Positions 62,190 through 64,000 of a stretch of 64,000 nucleotides of DNA are shown one piece after another. The translations under genes and the position numbers were made by a program. This stretch comes from Eledone cirrhosa (lineage: Eukaryota), in NCBI GenBank assembly GCA_964016885.1, contig OZ024743.1:297228001-297292000 (forward strand), given 5' to 3'. The notes under the pieces are model-generated. The model saw only the letters and a list, made by a program, of their open reading frames with translations. It had not been told where the DNA came from and searched no databases. Each line of letters starts with the position of its first letter. The stretch's first letter is position 1.

Positions 62190-62493
62190 ACTCTGGGAGG
62201 GCTCTGTAGAAACAGTAGACAGCTTTTGCTACCTAGGTGACTGAATTAGCAGCGGAGGTGGGTGTTCGGAAAGTACAGTAGCCAGGGTAAGAATGGGATG
62301 GAAGAAGTTCAGGGAGCTACTGCCACTGCTAGGTGCAAAAGGCTTTTCCCTCAAAATGAAAGGCAGACTGTATGATGCATGCATACAAACAGCAATGTTA
62401 CATGGTAGTGAGACCTGGGCATTGTGTGTAGAAGGCTTGCGTAGATTAGAAAGAAATGAAGCTTGCATGCTCCGATGGATGTGTAATAGTAAC
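62190..62493 (+). mobile_element. RTE internal fragment (family C)
   Basis: WKKFRELLPLL...LHGSETWAL...MLRWMCNSN; TA-rich microsatellites on both sides. Confidence 0.88.
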
Positions 62494-62520
62494 ATACATA
62501 TATATATACATATACACACA

Positions 62521-62554
<34 letters not shown>

Positions 62555-62555
62555 G

Positions 62556-62594
<39 letters not shown>

Positions 62595-63194
62595 CATAAA
62601 TATGGGGAAGAATAGAAGGCATTCCTGTCAGTATAACGTTGAATGTTCCATTTGATCCGATCAACGGAACAGCCTGCTCATGAAATTAACGTGCAAGTGC
62701 CTAAGCATTCCACAAACATAGTTCTTGGGGAGATTCAGTGGAACACAGCTGAGTGAACTGGAACAACATGAAATAAAGTGTCTTGCTCAAGGACACAATG
62801 CGCTGTCAGGAATTGAACTCATGACCTTACGATCATGAGTCAAATATGCTAACCACAAAGCCACTCACCTTCACACATAAATATACATACATACATATAC
62901 ATACGTATATATACATACATATATATACATACATACGCATACATACATGTATATATATATATATAGTATAAAAGAGAAAACACAGGTAAGCATTAAGAAA
63001 AGTTTTATCCAGGTATTTACGACCGTTTCATTGGTAAGTGCAACCTTATATTGCTATACTGCAAATAGCAATATAAGGAACTGGATCACAATAAGCATTT
63101 TCCTGCTTCTCTAGCTATATATATATATCATCATCATCATCATCATCATTTTATATATATATATATATCATCTTCATCATCATCATTTTATATA

Positions 63195-63243
<49 letters not shown>

Positions 63244-63514
63244 CACAAAAACAAGATTGTGTAGGACAGAACAAAGGAGAGACACAAAATAAAAACCCAG
63301 TCACTGAGGAGGTCACAGAATGTGTGATGAAAGAGCATTGACAATATATAAACAACCATCCGGTTATCGAACCAACCCACCCAACTGGAAATTTATAATA
63401 AATTGATATGAAAACTAACAGGTGCATGTGTTTTTATTGGCAGCATGACCCTCCCAACGTATAACAATATATATAGAGAGTCTATTATAATAACCCATTA
63501 TTATTAACTATCAA

Positions 63515-63699
63515 GGGCGATGGATTGGCAGTATCGGTAGAGGGTCGGACGCCATGCTTTCCAGCATAGTTACGTCCCTTTATGATCTGAGTTCAAATCC
63601 CGCCGAGGTTGACTTTGCCTTTCATCCTTACAGGGTCGATAAAATAAAGTACCAGTAATGCACTGGGTAATTGCTGGCCTTGTGCCTAAAGTAGAAACA
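63515..63699 (+). mobile_element. SINE family 1 with ~15-bp TSD
   Basis: Near-identical to 6792-6979; TSD ATTATTAACT(A/G)TCAA at 63500-63514 and 63700-63714. Confidence 0.9.
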
Positions 63700-63904
63700 A
63701 TTATTAACTGTCAATAGATCAACTAATCACTGAATCAACATCATAACCTCCTCACCTTTCTTTCCCTAAAACTATTTCACCTCTTCCATTATATCCTATC
63801 ATGTTCTCTTCACCTCTCACATAACTTTCAATTTAGTAATTTATCCTTTATTTATCACTGTATTATTTCTTCATAATATAACCCTCTGTAATTTAACCAA
63901 TACA

Positions 63905-64000
63905 TATGTGTATATATTTAATATTTTCATATTTATACCATCACATCTTTATACGTACACACCACTATAATTTTAACCACCACCACCACCACAACTATTT
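63905..64000 (+). mobile_element. Second copy of the 9655-10118 element, running off the window
   Basis: Reverse complement of about 10017-10105. Confidence 0.75.

Noticed and set aside
63000-63035. Minus-strand GAAACGGTCGTAAA, like an HHR 3' half
   Set aside because: No CTGANGA 5' half found; at most a truncated remnant.

Overview
AT-rich, repeat-saturated eukaryotic DNA with no intact host gene visible. The repeat repertoire suggests an invertebrate, probably an octopus or other coleoid cephalopod (inference only). That repertoire comprises abundant (TA)n/(CA)n/(ATG)n microsatellites, RTE LINEs with (ATG)n tails, and two tRNA-derived SINE families. The window holds two full-ORF RTE LINEs (APE-RT-PHD finger) in opposite orientation plus many truncated copies. 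It also holds a decayed Penelope-like element (RT + GIY-YIG + hammerhead), R4/Dong-, CR1-, Tx1- and Rex3-like LINE fragments, a Helitron 3' end, MITE/fold-back elements, minisatellites, an orphan damaged TRAP1 exon and a few weak minus-strand exon candidates. The most notable signal is a dense set of type I hammerhead ribozymes (HHRs) from several unrelated families. These include (i) a non-coding ~693-bp tandem array (7073-9540) with one HHR per unit and promoter-like motifs, resembling an unusually large retrozyme/circRNA cassette, and (ii) a 345-bp fold-back element (47691-48035) with one HHR on each strand. All calls were made by eye; no searches or folding programs were run.
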